Sequence record: NZ_LC532224.1
Length of the DNA stretch: 64,000 nucleotides
Source: a plasmid
Strand: one strand, 5' to 3'
Part shown: piece after piece, positions 32,840 to 43,158 of the stretch
How positions within the stretch are numbered: position 1 is the stretch's first letter
How the letters are laid out: the number at the start of each line of letters is the position of its first letter
Program-made: the position numbers and the translations under genes
Notes under the pieces: generated by a model
The model's database searches: none
What the model saw: only the letters and a program-made list of their open reading frames with translations
Told to the model about the DNA's origin: nothing

Positions 32840-33649
32840 TTAGGCCCCGCGAGCTTTTTCGATTGCGCCCTGCAAAGTTGCTGCGTCCATAGCCCCGGGG
32901 ATAAATGTGGTAGTCGCCGCATTCGGCTTTTTCATATTCATAATGATGAAACCGGGTGTGCCGGTGATCCCGAGCGCTTCGCCCAGCTGCATATTGCCGG
33001 AGATCACGTTTTCATACCGGTTTTTTTCCCTGTCAGAAAACGTGCTGTTAAACCCTGACTTTTCCACCACAGTATTAAAGTCAGTGAGTTCGAATTTGCG
33101 TTGAGAGGTCATGAAGGTATGAGCCACAGCCATCAGGTTGTTGTGGTACTTACGATAGGCTTCAGCACCGAAATTCTGATAGACGTGCAGACCCGTAGCG
33201 GCCCCCATGGCAGATACAGGTTTTGAACCGGCAAAAATCGGGAATTCTTTAAAGAAGAATTTTACATCTTTGCTCTGATTCATTACCGATTCAACAACAG
33301 GTGTAACCCGCATGCAGTAAATACACTGATAGTCGAAGAACTCGATTACCGCGACGTCGGCGTCATCAGGGCCGATGTTTGGCGTCTCCTTGGTATCCAG
33401 CAGAGCTGGCGCATATGGAATTATTCGTTCCACTGAGGCACTCACGTTCTGATTTTCCAGCGCCTTACCTGCTTCCACTAAATAATGGGGATTTTTTACC
33501 AGGTAAGTAGCGGCAATTTTGCCAATTTCTTCCTCACTGAGCACCTTCGGTTTAAAATAAGTTGCCGTGATTAACGCCGAGGCAGCGGTAGCAATAACCG
33601 CAGAAATTAAAATCGTGGCCATCGGTTTTAAATAAAATTCTTTAGACAT
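32840..33649 (-). CDS. membrane-anchored DsbA-like thioredoxin-fold oxidoreductase
   Basis: N-terminal TM helix, then a thioredoxin domain with CXXC (FFDYQCIYCMR). Confidence 0.65.
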   Translation of the reverse strand: MSKEFYLKPMATILISAVIATAASALITATYFKPKVLSEEEIGKIAATYLVKNPHYLVEAGKALENQNVSASVERIIPYAPALLDTKETPNIGPDDADVAVIEFFDYQCIYCMRVTPVVESVMNQSKDVKFFFKEFPIFAGSKPVSAMGAATGLHVYQNFGAEAYRKYHNNLMAVAHTFMTSQRKFELTDFNTVVEKSGFNSTFSDREKNRYENVISGNMQLGEALGITGTPGFIIMNMKKPNAATTTFIPGAMDAATLQGAIEKARGA

Positions 33650-33755
33650 AGCTACCTTTATGCTTTTCAGCCTGTTAGTTATTAACCTGCGATGGATTAT
33701 ACTGGCCCGGTAAATCGGAATTATTCGTGAAACAATGCTTTTTGGAGATTAAAGG

Positions 33756-34367
33756 ATGATTAGGCAGGGCTTTATACTCACAACCGCAATGCTTTTGAGT
33801 GGATGCGGATATCATTTCGCAAACCAGGTAGATGCGTACGATCTAATGCCTCGTCCTGTTACAAATAAAAGGTTTCAGATAGTCCCTCCGGACGAAAGTA
33901 TTCAGTCCAGAATGTTTTCAGGCCGTTTTGCTGATGGATTAGCAAAAAAAGGAGTCATTATTTCCACTCACCAGCCAGATTATGTGCTCAGGTTCCGAAT
34001 CAGCAGCTCACAGGAGAACATGCAGTATAGCGAGCAGCTTCTTACTGGGGTGACAGGCTACGTTGTAGATAAAAAGACAACGAGAACTGACAAGCATGGC
34101 GAATTGCATACTGACTATGACTACAAGCCAGTCGATGGGGTAATAGGCACTGAGACGATGTCGCAGATGCACTATATGCGACAGCTGGATGTCGAGGTAT
34201 ACCCGTCAGCGAAAGGAGCAAAGCAGGTTCTGAAAGTGAGTATGCAAAGCAATGCACCTGTGCCGTCAGACAGCATTGCTTATTCAGCAATGATCGACGC
34301 CTTTACTGATAAATTTGATGCGCCGCTGCGTTCCGGAAATTATGTTGCAGTGATCCCCTGGAACTGA
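33756..34367 (+). CDS. lipoprotein of unknown function
   Basis: Lipobox LLSGC|GYH after a signal peptide. Confidence 0.55.
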   Translation: MIRQGFILTTAMLLSGCGYHFANQVDAYDLMPRPVTNKRFQIVPPDESIQSRMFSGRFADGLAKKGVIISTHQPDYVLRFRISSSQENMQYSEQLLTGVTGYVVDKKTTRTDKHGELHTDYDYKPVDGVIGTETMSQMHYMRQLDVEVYPSAKGAKQVLKVSMQSNAPVPSDSIAYSAMIDAFTDKFDAPLRSGNYVAVIPWN

Positions 34368-34426
34368 AAGCAGACGGCGGGAAGAGAATGTTCAAAAGTG
34401 ACTTTTGGACACGCACATTAACGTGG

Positions 34427-34849
34427 CTATCGCCCTCCCCCATTAAAATCATAAAGTCGGTAAAGATCGCCCATCGTGATGGAATTGGGCTTATTAATGA
34501 ACAGATACTGTAACTGTTCTTTATGTTGAGTACTGGCAGCTGCATTCATAAGCACTTCCAGGTAGAACTTGTAGCCTATGCTTCGCTCTGAATACATATA
34601 CTGGAACTGCATCAGTAAAATGCCTGACATAACATACAACAGCAGCAGACTGAGTAATACAGTGCTATCAGGCTGTTCCAGTGCCATACTGACATACCCT
34701 GAACCCAGAATGCACAGAAGCCACCCCGTCATTAGAGCAGGCACCCTACGACTCAGACGTTTATAACAACGTTTTATTACGGGATCCCGGAGATACTTTT
34801 TGTCAGGTATCCCCGTTGCTCTGATGACGAAGCTACTGAGTATCGACAT
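34427..34849 (-). CDS. hypothetical inner-membrane protein (3 TM)
   Basis: 140-aa ORF with three hydrophobic helices. Confidence 0.4.
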   Translation of the reverse strand: MSILSSFVIRATGIPDKKYLRDPVIKRCYKRLSRRVPALMTGWLLCILGSGYVSMALEQPDSTVLLSLLLLYVMSGILLMQFQYMYSERSIGYKFYLEVLMNAAASTQHKEQLQYLFINKPNSITMGDLYRLYDFNGGGR

Positions 34850-34882
34850 CTTTTTTCCTTCTGGACGCTCTCAGTCAATAAA

Positions 34883-35281
34883 TCAGGCCAGGCGCTCATT
34901 GAAAGCTACCACGAGCTGCGAATCGGGATTTTTTACCAGTTCGGGCCGGATAACTTTTAGTTGCCTCGTTGGGGCGAGCTCATCTGTAGGCCTGATGGTG
35001 GTATTACCCGGCCCCTTGCGGGTACTGTCGGTGTTTACCTTGAGCTTTTTATTTCCCAGGTAGCTTTCCATCTTTTTAGAGATGGTGTCACCTGTGGTCG
35101 CAACACCAGAGAGTTCCTTTAGATGTTCACCTTTATCCATTTGTACCGATGACATCAGAAATCCGATTCCGGGATCGTTTTCCGTTCCACAGGCTCCGTA
35201 CTGACATTGTGCAGCGAAAACGGGCTGTACACCTACAGCAACCAGCATTAACGTACTCAGTAAAGTAGATTTCATACACAC
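34883..35281 (-). CDS. secreted protein of unknown function
   Basis: Signal peptide MCMKSTLLSTLMLVAVGVQPVFA. Confidence 0.45.
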   Translation of the reverse strand: MCMKSTLLSTLMLVAVGVQPVFAAQCQYGACGTENDPGIGFLMSSVQMDKGEHLKELSGVATTGDTISKKMESYLGNKKLKVNTDSTRKGPGNTTIRPTDELAPTRQLKVIRPELVKNPDSQLVVAFNERLA

Positions 35282-35299
35282 CTCTTACAGTCGGAAAAG

Positions 35300-36049
35300 T
35301 TACTTTTGCGCAGCGCCCATTTGGGTCACCAGGTTTTCCGGGCTCAGCCACCCCGTAAATAACTGCGGTTTGCCGCTTAGTGTCACCATGGTAGGAGTAC
35401 CTTGCAGCGGGATTGTTGAGGCCACCTGGAAATGCGATTTGATAATGTTTAAGCAAGCCTCATCAGGACGTCCTTCCGGGATAGTTGAAACCGGATTCAT
35501 CGCTGCATCCAGAGCTTCGTTTGGCTTTGCTGAACACCAGATTTTGGCCATGTTCCCGGCTACTACCGAGTTCAGTCCTGCACGTGGGAATGCAAGAAAC
35601 TTAATCGAAATACCGGCATCAAGATAAGACTTCAGATCATGATGCAGTTTTTGGCAGTATCCACAGGTTATATCGGTAAAGATAGCAAGCCGGTATTTTT
35701 CGTTTGGTGATTTGTAGTCGATGGATTTTGTTTTGGATGCGAATTCCCGGACGCCCATTAAAATGGCCTGCTCAGTGGTGTTTACCACATCTTTACCTTT
35801 CACGTGGAATAAGCTTCCGGTAAAAATGTAATCTCCGTCTTTGCTCACGTAACTTACCCCCTCCCTGGAAATCACCGTAAAAATATCTTTTACTGGCGAG
35901 GGTTCGACGTGCTCGATTGAAAGCCCAATGGCTTTGAGCTTATCCCGGGCTGCATCTGGCAGTACCATTGTATTAACCGGCTCGGCATTCATCGTGAAGG
36001 CGGTACTTAATGAAAGAAGTAATACCGATGCCTTAATAATTTTTTTCAT
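35300..36049 (-). CDS. dsbC: DsbC-like periplasmic thiol:disulfide isomerase
   Basis: Signal peptide, dimerisation-like N-terminus, and a thioredoxin domain with the DsbC-type CGYC active site. Confidence 0.75.
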   Translation of the reverse strand: MKKIIKASVLLLSLSTAFTMNAEPVNTMVLPDAARDKLKAIGLSIEHVEPSPVKDIFTVISREGVSYVSKDGDYIFTGSLFHVKGKDVVNTTEQAILMGVREFASKTKSIDYKSPNEKYRLAIFTDITCGYCQKLHHDLKSYLDAGISIKFLAFPRAGLNSVVAGNMAKIWCSAKPNEALDAAMNPVSTIPEGRPDEACLNIIKSHFQVASTIPLQGTPTMVTLSGKPQLFTGWLSPENLVTQMGAAQK

Positions 36050-36196
36050 TTCCGCTCCTTAAATCGAGCACTAATATTATCACGCCCCAAAATTCCAGAA
36101 TTTTGCTTAAACGCTTAAATCAACGGGTAAAGCCGAAAGAAAGTCGATAGATATATGGGAGAATAGATAAAACGTAGATTCAGTGGAGAAATCGTT

Positions 36197-36736
36197 GTGT
36201 TTACACCACCAGCAGATGATGTGAAACCTATTCCCGTTCCTGATGAGATTTACACTCAGTGCATTACGGATGCCGCCCGCTACTTCGGAATTGATGCTGA
36301 ACTGGTTTTTACGTTGTTTGACAATGAAGGCGGTAAGGTTGGTACTTTCAGCAGGAATACTAACGGCACTTATGATATTGGCCCAATGCAGATCAACTCA
36401 TCCAATCTACCTGAAATAAAAAAGCATTTCCCGACGGTAACGTGGCGGGTTCTGGCTTACGATGCTTGCGCAAGTTTCTGGGTTGGAACATGGTGGCTCT
36501 ATAGAAAAATTGTTGATCGCAAGGGCAATGTGTTTGAAGGGATTGCAGATTACAACAGCAAAACCCCAAAGGTACGTGCAAAGTACATATTTAACTTCAT
36601 GGTAAAGTACAATCGCCGGATCCAGCAGCGTAACGGGATGGGTGAGCTTTATCAATGGACCCAGCAACCTCCTCGATACAATGGCCATATAGCTAAAAAT
36701 GTCCCGGAGCAAAACCCGACTCCTGTTGTTAAATAA
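36197..36736 (+). CDS. lytic transglycosylase (P19/ORF169/VirB1-like)
   Basis: GTG start. Conserved motifs ...FDNEGG..., ...DIGPMQIN... and ...ACASF..., as in conjugation-associated muramidases. Confidence 0.7.
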   Translation: MFTPPADDVKPIPVPDEIYTQCITDAARYFGIDAELVFTLFDNEGGKVGTFSRNTNGTYDIGPMQINSSNLPEIKKHFPTVTWRVLAYDACASFWVGTWWLYRKIVDRKGNVFEGIADYNSKTPKVRAKYIFNFMVKYNRRIQQRNGMGELYQWTQQPPRYNGHIAKNVPEQNPTPVVK

Positions 36737-36818
36737 ATACAACCCGATATTACAGAAGATCATCGAGTGGCTTGGGTAAACCACCACAAATATTTCACAC
36801 TGACTCAGGAGTAATATA

Positions 36819-37376
36819 TTGTCTTCTTCTGCAAGAAATTTATTTAAGATTCTCTCTTCTTTCTTGATCCAGAAAAACCCTCATCATGAAGAAGTATGTG
36901 TTCATGAAGAAACAACAGCTGGTTTATGGGCCCCTCTCCCTGATTCGCATGTCGTGCTTTTCTTAGATTTCGATGGGGTTTGCCACAGGTGTAAAAATGA
37001 AACCTTTGAGCGAATGCCACTGTTAGAGAAATTGCTGGATAACTGCCCTGCCATGGTGATTGTTATCTCCAGCTCATGGCGTGAGTGCGCTAATACAAGT
37101 TATCTGAAATCTCTGTTCCGGGTGCCTTATAGAGACAAAATCATAGGTGCAACCGGTTCGGTATATTTAAAACACGGACAGACTGGTGTGCGGGCTGCCG
37201 AGTGTGAGGACTTTGTCTTTTCACATCGAGTTAAAGCATTTATCTGCCTTGATGACGACGAATCATTATTTCCGGCCGGTTATCCGCATTTGCACAAAAC
37301 CGATTATTACACGGGCCTCACCGAATCTGACCTTGCAGCTCTTAACGCAAGGTACCATCAGCTCATGGGACGCTGA
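36819..37376 (+). CDS. HAD-superfamily phosphatase-like protein
   Basis: HAD motif I VLFLDFDGV, motif II VIVISSSW, motif IV FICLDDDES. The 185-aa size resembles the phosphatase domain of polynucleotide kinase-phosphatases. Confidence 0.5.
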   Translation: MSSSARNLFKILSSFLIQKNPHHEEVCVHEETTAGLWAPLPDSHVVLFLDFDGVCHRCKNETFERMPLLEKLLDNCPAMVIVISSSWRECANTSYLKSLFRVPYRDKIIGATGSVYLKHGQTGVRAAECEDFVFSHRVKAFICLDDDESLFPAGYPHLHKTDYYTGLTESDLAALNARYHQLMGR

Positions 37377-37499
37377 TGAACAAAGTAACTTTCCTTTTAC
37401 CCTGTCACTGCTGATCTCGTACGCCCATCCACTTTAGGATTGATTGTTTTATACCATACGCAATAATGTCTCATATGAATTCGACAAGAAAGGGACATT

Positions 37500-38561
37500 A
37501 TGCTGCATCACTGTCAGGCTAAGTCACTGGATGACATATACCTTGAGGATATTCCCCACATCATACATCCGGCCACGGCGGTACATGACCTCGAAGATAC
37601 CGCCCTGCCAAACCGGATTATTCAGGAATGGAATTTACCGCAGGGATATACACAGTTTGTCAGCCGGTATCACCAGTTCCACCATCAACGCCCCTGGCTC
37701 GCTTACCGCGATACGCTTGACGACATCAGATACGGTAAGATCGTTCTGCTTAGAAAAGACATAACCGGCAATGCCGGGCCGGGGGTTATATCAAATGGCA
37801 ACCTACGCAATGACCTGCCCCTGTCCCTCTTTACCCGTCTGCGCGATATCATCTCTCGTCAGTTGAAACGCCCGGGGTATTACGTTCGATCAACGACACC
37901 AGCACAGCACGCCCAATCAACAAAAACCATTAATTCCAAAGCGGCTGGTCGTCTTCTCGCAGCTGGCGGGCTTTATAATGGAAATGTGGAGGGATTTCGA
38001 CATACGGCTGAACAACTTGGCGGCGAAGCTGTTGAAGGCTATGACCAGGTATTGAACGAAACAACTTCAGGTATGCTGGTTGCAGCGGCTTCACTTCTGG
38101 TTATCCGAAATCCAAGGTCTGCGGATGAATTGACAAGTTATCTCGGCAAGTACAAAAAAGCACACGTTTTGCTCGATGATATGAATGTTAGCGAATTGAA
38201 CTACATGCGCCGAGACAGAGCTGAATATTTAGCTCTCCGTGGACAATTCAACAATACTGTACGCCCTAACTTCCTTAAATCACTTTCAGACCACCCAGAT
38301 GCCCTGGCTACGTTTGAACCTAACGATTTGATGAAACTTGCAACAGGCAAGGTCCCCTCTGGGTGGCAGGTTCACCACAAGATCCCTCTTGATGATGGTG
38401 GCACAAACGCTATAGACAACCTGGTACTTATTCAGAATTCACCATACCATTCAGCACTGTCGAAAGCACAATCCATCATTACGAAGGATCTACCGTATAA
38501 TTCAAGCACCAAAGTTCTATGGCCATCGCCGAACGGTGTTATCTACCCGGTAGGAAAGTAA
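37500..38561 (+). CDS. toxin-like protein with C-terminal colicin/pyocin-type HNH DNase domain
   Basis: C-terminus ...ATGKVPSGWQVHHKIPLDDGGTNAIDNLVLIQNSPYHS... closely parallels the colicin E9/E7 HNH motif (...[33 protein letters not shown]). Good RBS AAGGGA upstream. Confidence 0.7.
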   Translation: MLHHCQAKSLDDIYLEDIPHIIHPATAVHDLEDTALPNRIIQEWNLPQGYTQFVSRYHQFHHQRPWLAYRDTLDDIRYGKIVLLRKDITGNAGPGVISNGNLRNDLPLSLFTRLRDIISRQLKRPGYYVRSTTPAQHAQSTKTINSKAAGRLLAAGGLYNGNVEGFRHTAEQLGGEAVEGYDQVLNETTSGMLVAAASLLVIRNPRSADELTSYLGKYKKAHVLLDDMNVSELNYMRRDRAEYLALRGQFNNTVRPNFLKSLSDHPDALATFEPNDLMKLATGKVPSGWQVHHKIPLDDGGTNAIDNLVLIQNSPYHSALSKAQSIITKDLPYNSSTKVLWPSPNGVIYPVGK

Positions 38562-38570
38562 GAGGCGCTC

Positions 38571-39077
38571 ATGAAAGATTTAACTCAACTACTCAGCAGC
38601 TTAAAGAGGTTGATGGTTGCAGATCACTACCCTTTAGCCAGCCCGGTAGCCCCGGAAGTCTTGAAAGACTTAATCTGCAATCCGCCTCCAGTGGAGTGGG
38701 CAGATCACAAAAAGAGCGCCTATATAGATATACAGAAACTCATTAAAACCAGGCTTGATTATGCCCAAGTGTTTAATGCTATGGATGGTTTTGAGTACAA
38801 CGGACTTACGTTTTATAACCTTGTTCAGGCAGAGAACGAAAATCTATTGTGGTCAAATATTTACATACGCAACTTTGAAGCACGAGACAATGAAATCTAC
38901 GTTGACCCAAATCTCACTGATAAGGTGTTAATCGGAGAAGATGGCATGTCACTTTTCGCTTATAGTTTTGCAGACGACTGCTTTCAGATAAGAGACAAAG
39001 CATCTACTGATTATGTTATTGAATCTCATACAGAGTTTGATAGATTTTTGTCTTCACTGATTCAAACCGTCAGTTGA
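38571..39077 (+). CDS. SUKH (SMI1/KNR4)-like putative immunity protein
   Basis: Starts 10 bp after the toxin stop. SUKH-like signatures (W..LP.dY..f...nGfeynGl; vLIGEDGmslfaysfaDD...DYVIEsHtEF). Confidence 0.55.
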   Translation: MKDLTQLLSSLKRLMVADHYPLASPVAPEVLKDLICNPPPVEWADHKKSAYIDIQKLIKTRLDYAQVFNAMDGFEYNGLTFYNLVQAENENLLWSNIYIRNFEARDNEIYVDPNLTDKVLIGEDGMSLFAYSFADDCFQIRDKASTDYVIESHTEFDRFLSSLIQTVS

Positions 39078-39102
39078 ATGTTCCGCAAGAGCGGTACTTC
39101 TG

Positions 39103-39140
39103 AAAAAAAGGCCGCAAACACATACTTTGCGGCCTTAATT
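39103..39140. terminator. bidirectional terminator between the immunity gene and trhG
   Basis: Perfect 11-bp stem AAGGCCGCAAA/TTTGCGGCCTT with a 7-nt loop, preceded by an A-run. Confidence 0.75.
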
Positions 39141-39199
39141 GTTTAGCAGTAATTTACAATCTATTGATAGTCATTTCAGGAGGTTATATTCAACCTCCC

Positions 39200-42100
39200 T
39201 TATTTTTTATTTTCATTAAGCCACTGATCCGCTTTATCGACACGTGACTGGTAAGGCTCATTTGTGTTGCTCAGCTCTGACTTCATGTACTGAATGAATT
39301 CATCTGCTTTCTGAGGCCCAAAGCGTGGGTCATCCGTCAATTGCTGCCGGATAGCCCTTTCAGAGTTCTGCGCTGCATTCGCATAAGTCGAAACGCCGTC
39401 GCTGCTAATACTCTGATACCGGTCACTTACAGCTGCGACGCCATCAGACATCTGCATGTGATTAAGGACTTTACCCTGGAGAGAATCAGGCATATTTGCA
39501 GGGTTAGAGGCATCATTTGCTATCGATGTCTGGGTTTGAAGGATGCCCGCTCCCGTAAGCATCTCATTTACCGGTTTCGCCCCAACGCTGGTTAGCGTAT
39601 CCGAAACAAATTGCTGGCCCCCGAGTAGCGCACCAGAAATCGCGCCCCGCTCAGTGTTGGCCTCTATCTTTTCCCCAACCAAGCGATCTGTGACGGTCTG
39701 AGTGCGGTTACCAACGAGACCACCGCCCGACCCACCTTCTCCCAGGTTTGCCCGTACGACTGACTCAAGTGAACCATCAGCTCTGTTATGAGTGTTGAAA
39801 CTGCTATGGATGCTCTTAACGTCATTCATACTCCAGTTAACGTTATAGTTACCCAGTTCATTAAGGATCTTCTGGGTATCCGCTTTGAGCTGCTCTCTTT
39901 CGGCACCGGTAGCCATGGTGCTGGCACCATAGGTAAAGACAGCTTGCTGTGCCAATTCAGCTCGCTTATCGTCCCGGCTTAAGTTCGGGTTGTTGGCAAC
40001 ACGACTAAAGTAGTTATCAGTGTTATTAGATAAGCCACGAACTTGCCCGCTCTGATACATACTGTTCAAAGCAGTGGCTCGTTGATCCATTCCATCACCA
40101 ACCACCCGACCTCCAACCTTTTCCAGATCGTTAAATGTGCCTTCTGCATTTCTGACATCCTGACCCGAATTGACGACTTTCTCTACACCCTGATTATTCA
40201 GTACAGGTCCATTCTTTTCGAGAGAATTAAGCACATTCCTTTCTTCATCAGAATAAGTGCGGCCCACGTTGTTGTTATGTATTCCCTGAATATCGCCTTT
40301 GCCCGCGTTATCAAGGTTATACGGAGTAAAGCCAGCTTCACTTTTTCCAGGGACATGCTGTGTCGCGTCCTGAGCGTTGGAGGAAAGACCGAGTTTAGCC
40401 TGCGAATCTACACTTCCACCCAGTTCCCCTACGCGTGACGCACTCATCACGCCAGACGTATTTACGCTGTCAGGAGTTCTATCCTGTGCCTGAGTGATAG
40501 TATTAATTCCTGACCCGTCACCTGAAATTCTGTCGAGCTGATTGGTGATAGGTAGCAGCTGCTGTGCATTACCACCGAAGTCGGAAACCAGACTTTTAAG
40601 CAGGCTGGAGGTTTCACGGAGATCCTGTTTATTACTTTCGGCCGTCTCTCCCCGGGCGGTATCAATCGCAATTTTTTGCTCACTGAAATCTCGGGTTGCA
40701 GCCACAAGCGCGTCAGTACGTTGAAGCTGCGATCCAAGCTGATTACTGGCCTTGAAGGTATCGTTATAGGAGTTGAATTTCTCCATAAACGCATTCTCAT
40801 CCAGCCCATTCTTACGAGCAAAATTCCTTACATCATCATCACTGAAGTTTTTGTTGCGAATAGAATCGGAGAACCTGTCCAGGTTAATGCTTTGTTTAGA
40901 ATCAAGGCTCATTCCACTATTGGAGCTTGCGTTAGTCGAAACCGATGTAGAAATATTTTGCGCCATCGTCTGTGTCGCCTGGTTCATTTTCGACGATGCT
41001 TCTTTAAACGCATTAGTATTGGATATCTGATCGCTGCTTACCTGAGACGCCGCTTTACTGAACTGGTCAGTTAACGCAGAATCCTGGCTAAGCTGATTCG
41101 TGATTGCTTTTGAAAGGTCATTTGAAAGCGAGTCACTGCCTGTATTGGTCTTAGATGCACCGCTACTCAATTGCCCTGCTACAGCCGCTTTCAGCCCGGC
41201 TCCATTGCCAGTTCCAACACCTCCATTAAGCCCAGCGTTGAGAATAACATTTGAAGCAATGCTGGCCATCTGAGACGCACTCACCCCATGTTTCGTTGCA
41301 ATACCTTCTGCTACAGAGGCACCAATCTTATCCGAGATCTGCTTCATTGTTTGCAGGTTGGTTGAGAACTGCTGGCTCGACTGTCCTGACCTTCCAATTT
41401 CGCTCATCTGACTGTAACCAGCCTGGAATGAATTACTTGCCGCACTCATAACTGATGAGGTTACAGCTGATCCTTGTCCCTGGCTGTTAGCGATACTTGA
41501 ACCAGCATTCCACATTCCAAGACGGAAATTACTTGAATCAACTGCGCCGCCATCGCTGTATCCCTGACCGGTACTGGTTAAGGCGGTTCGTGTCACGTCA
41601 CCAAATGAAGATTTACCGCTGTTAGGGCCATCCCATACTTTGGGCGTTACATGACCAGTATCCACCGGCGCATCGGGGGTCACTCCCTTAACCGCATTCA
41701 TCATCGGGTGAATCGACTGTGTCATCAGGAATAATGTGAGTACCGGAATCAGAGCATAGAGGGCGGAAGCAACAGACAGGTATGAACTGTATGTTTCCGC
41801 AAGCCCTGGGAGTCCCATCCACGTGACGGCATTATTCTGGCTGTTGAGGGTGCTCCAGGTATCCAAGTCGGCCGTCGCGACTTTCTTCACATACGCGTTG
41901 ACCATTACTGCCGTAAGCGGCCACATATTCACGAAGAGGATAAGTTGCAAATATTTCGCCGCAGCGGCAACACCATTACCACCTAACGCCAGCAGCATAA
42001 GCAAAGCAAATGGAGCAACCATATAAGCAAACATTTCAAGGAATGCGATTGCTGCTCCCGACAGTTGTAACCACAACTGGCCCTGTGAAGCCATTGTGTT

Positions 42101-43150
42101 GGTTCGCTTCAGAGAAGCCTCAAACAACTGCATATCGGAAGCCAGACCGAGTGGGGTCTTATATTTGCTTGCGCCATTTCTGAGCTCATTCATAATGAAC
42201 AGGTTCAGGGTGGCGTCATACGAACCAATAGCCTTACCGTACATACCATTTGCTGACGCCATAACATCAGTAAAGCTTGCGCCGGTAGGTGCACCATTTG
42301 CTTCGTCTGGAGTAAGGATGCCGTTTGTCTGTCCTATAAGGGAAATAGTCTGGCGAGCTTCAGCTGTACTGGTAACCTGTTTCACAGTTGACCAGACCTC
42401 ATCACACGTACCAGATTTTGAACCGTTAGCGCCAACAATACTGGCAGAGGCATTCTTCAGTGCGCCTTTCATCGCCTGATTAATCCGGTCCATGCTATCT
42501 GCCAGATTAGCTGAGAAAATATCGTTAAAAATAGTTTCTTTACCGGCAATATTTGCGCTTGAGTTTTGGGTAGCCTTCAGGCAGTTGTATGCAAGAGACT
42601 GAACGGTAGCACATACGTTCATTGGCCCTAGCCCGCTGGCCGGTTCAGGAAATGCGGAACAGTAGCCCTGGCTATCGCCGCCCCATTGCAAAAACTTCAC
42701 GAATCGGATCATCGGACCGAGGGTGATGTCATCGTCCAGAGTTGTTGCAGACAGGTCCACCGGAGAAAGCGGATCAAACGCTGTTTTATAATCCTTCAGC
42801 AAACCCTGGCTTAAGTTAGTGGTGACGGTTGCCATCGCAGCAATAAAAATTGGAATTCCGTCGACGTTTCTGACCTCTCCCGACTTTACAGATTCAATAG
42901 TTACATCCACTCGAACCATTGCCATCATGAAAAGGATCAACCCCAAAAACCAGGAGAAAAACGGTAATTCATTTTTGGTCGGAGCCTGAAGCCATAGCCA
43001 CGTTTTATAGAATAGGCTCACACCTGCTACAACGGCGGCCGTGGTCAGGAACTCTTTTACACCAGTATATTGAGAAAAGATCAGGGCAATACCGGTAAAA
43101 GCCGACCAGACAAAATCAATATCACCCAGGGTATATATGTTGTAATCCAT
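39200..43150 (-). CDS. trhG: TraG-like mating-pair stabilisation / entry-exclusion-determinant protein (TrhG)
   Basis: 1316 aa. Polytopic TraG_N-like N-terminus and a long Ser/Gly/Asn/Gln-rich periplasmic C-terminus. Downstream of the traF/traH homologues, as in F-like systems. Confidence 0.75.
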   Translation of the reverse strand: MDYNIYTLGDIDFVWSAFTGIALIFSQYTGVKEFLTTAAVVAGVSLFYKTWLWLQAPTKNELPFFSWFLGLILFMMAMVRVDVTIESVKSGEVRNVDGIPIFIAAMATVTTNLSQGLLKDYKTAFDPLSPVDLSATTLDDDITLGPMIRFVKFLQWGGDSQGYCSAFPEPASGLGPMNVCATVQSLAYNCLKATQNSSANIAGKETIFNDIFSANLADSMDRINQAMKGALKNASASIVGANGSKSGTCDEVWSTVKQVTSTAEARQTISLIGQTNGILTPDEANGAPTGASFTDVMASANGMYGKAIGSYDATLNLFIMNELRNGASKYKTPLGLASDMQLFEASLKRTNTMASQGQLWLQLSGAAIAFLEMFAYMVAPFALLMLLALGGNGVAAAAKYLQLILFVNMWPLTAVMVNAYVKKVATADLDTWSTLNSQNNAVTWMGLPGLAETYSSYLSVASALYALIPVLTLFLMTQSIHPMMNAVKGVTPDAPVDTGHVTPKVWDGPNSGKSSFGDVTRTALTSTGQGYSDGGAVDSSNFRLGMWNAGSSIANSQGQGSAVTSSVMSAASNSFQAGYSQMSEIGRSGQSSQQFSTNLQTMKQISDKIGASVAEGIATKHGVSASQMASIASNVILNAGLNGGVGTGNGAGLKAAVAGQLSSGASKTNTGSDSLSNDLSKAITNQLSQDSALTDQFSKAASQVSSDQISNTNAFKEASSKMNQATQTMAQNISTSVSTNASSNSGMSLDSKQSINLDRFSDSIRNKNFSDDDVRNFARKNGLDENAFMEKFNSYNDTFKASNQLGSQLQRTDALVAATRDFSEQKIAIDTARGETAESNKQDLRETSSLLKSLVSDFGGNAQQLLPITNQLDRISGDGSGINTITQAQDRTPDSVNTSGVMSASRVGELGGSVDSQAKLGLSSNAQDATQHVPGKSEAGFTPYNLDNAGKGDIQGIHNNNVGRTYSDEERNVLNSLEKNGPVLNNQGVEKVVNSGQDVRNAEGTFNDLEKVGGRVVGDGMDQRATALNSMYQSGQVRGLSNNTDNYFSRVANNPNLSRDDKRAELAQQAVFTYGASTMATGAEREQLKADTQKILNELGNYNVNWSMNDVKSIHSSFNTHNRADGSLESVVRANLGEGGSGGGLVGNRTQTVTDRLVGEKIEANTERGAISGALLGGQQFVSDTLTSVGAKPVNEMLTGAGILQTQTSIANDASNPANMPDSLQGKVLNHMQMSDGVAAVSDRYQSISSDGVSTYANAAQNSERAIRQQLTDDPRFGPQKADEFIQYMKSELSNTNEPYQSRVDKADQWLNENKK

Positions 43151-43158
43151 GTCAGACC

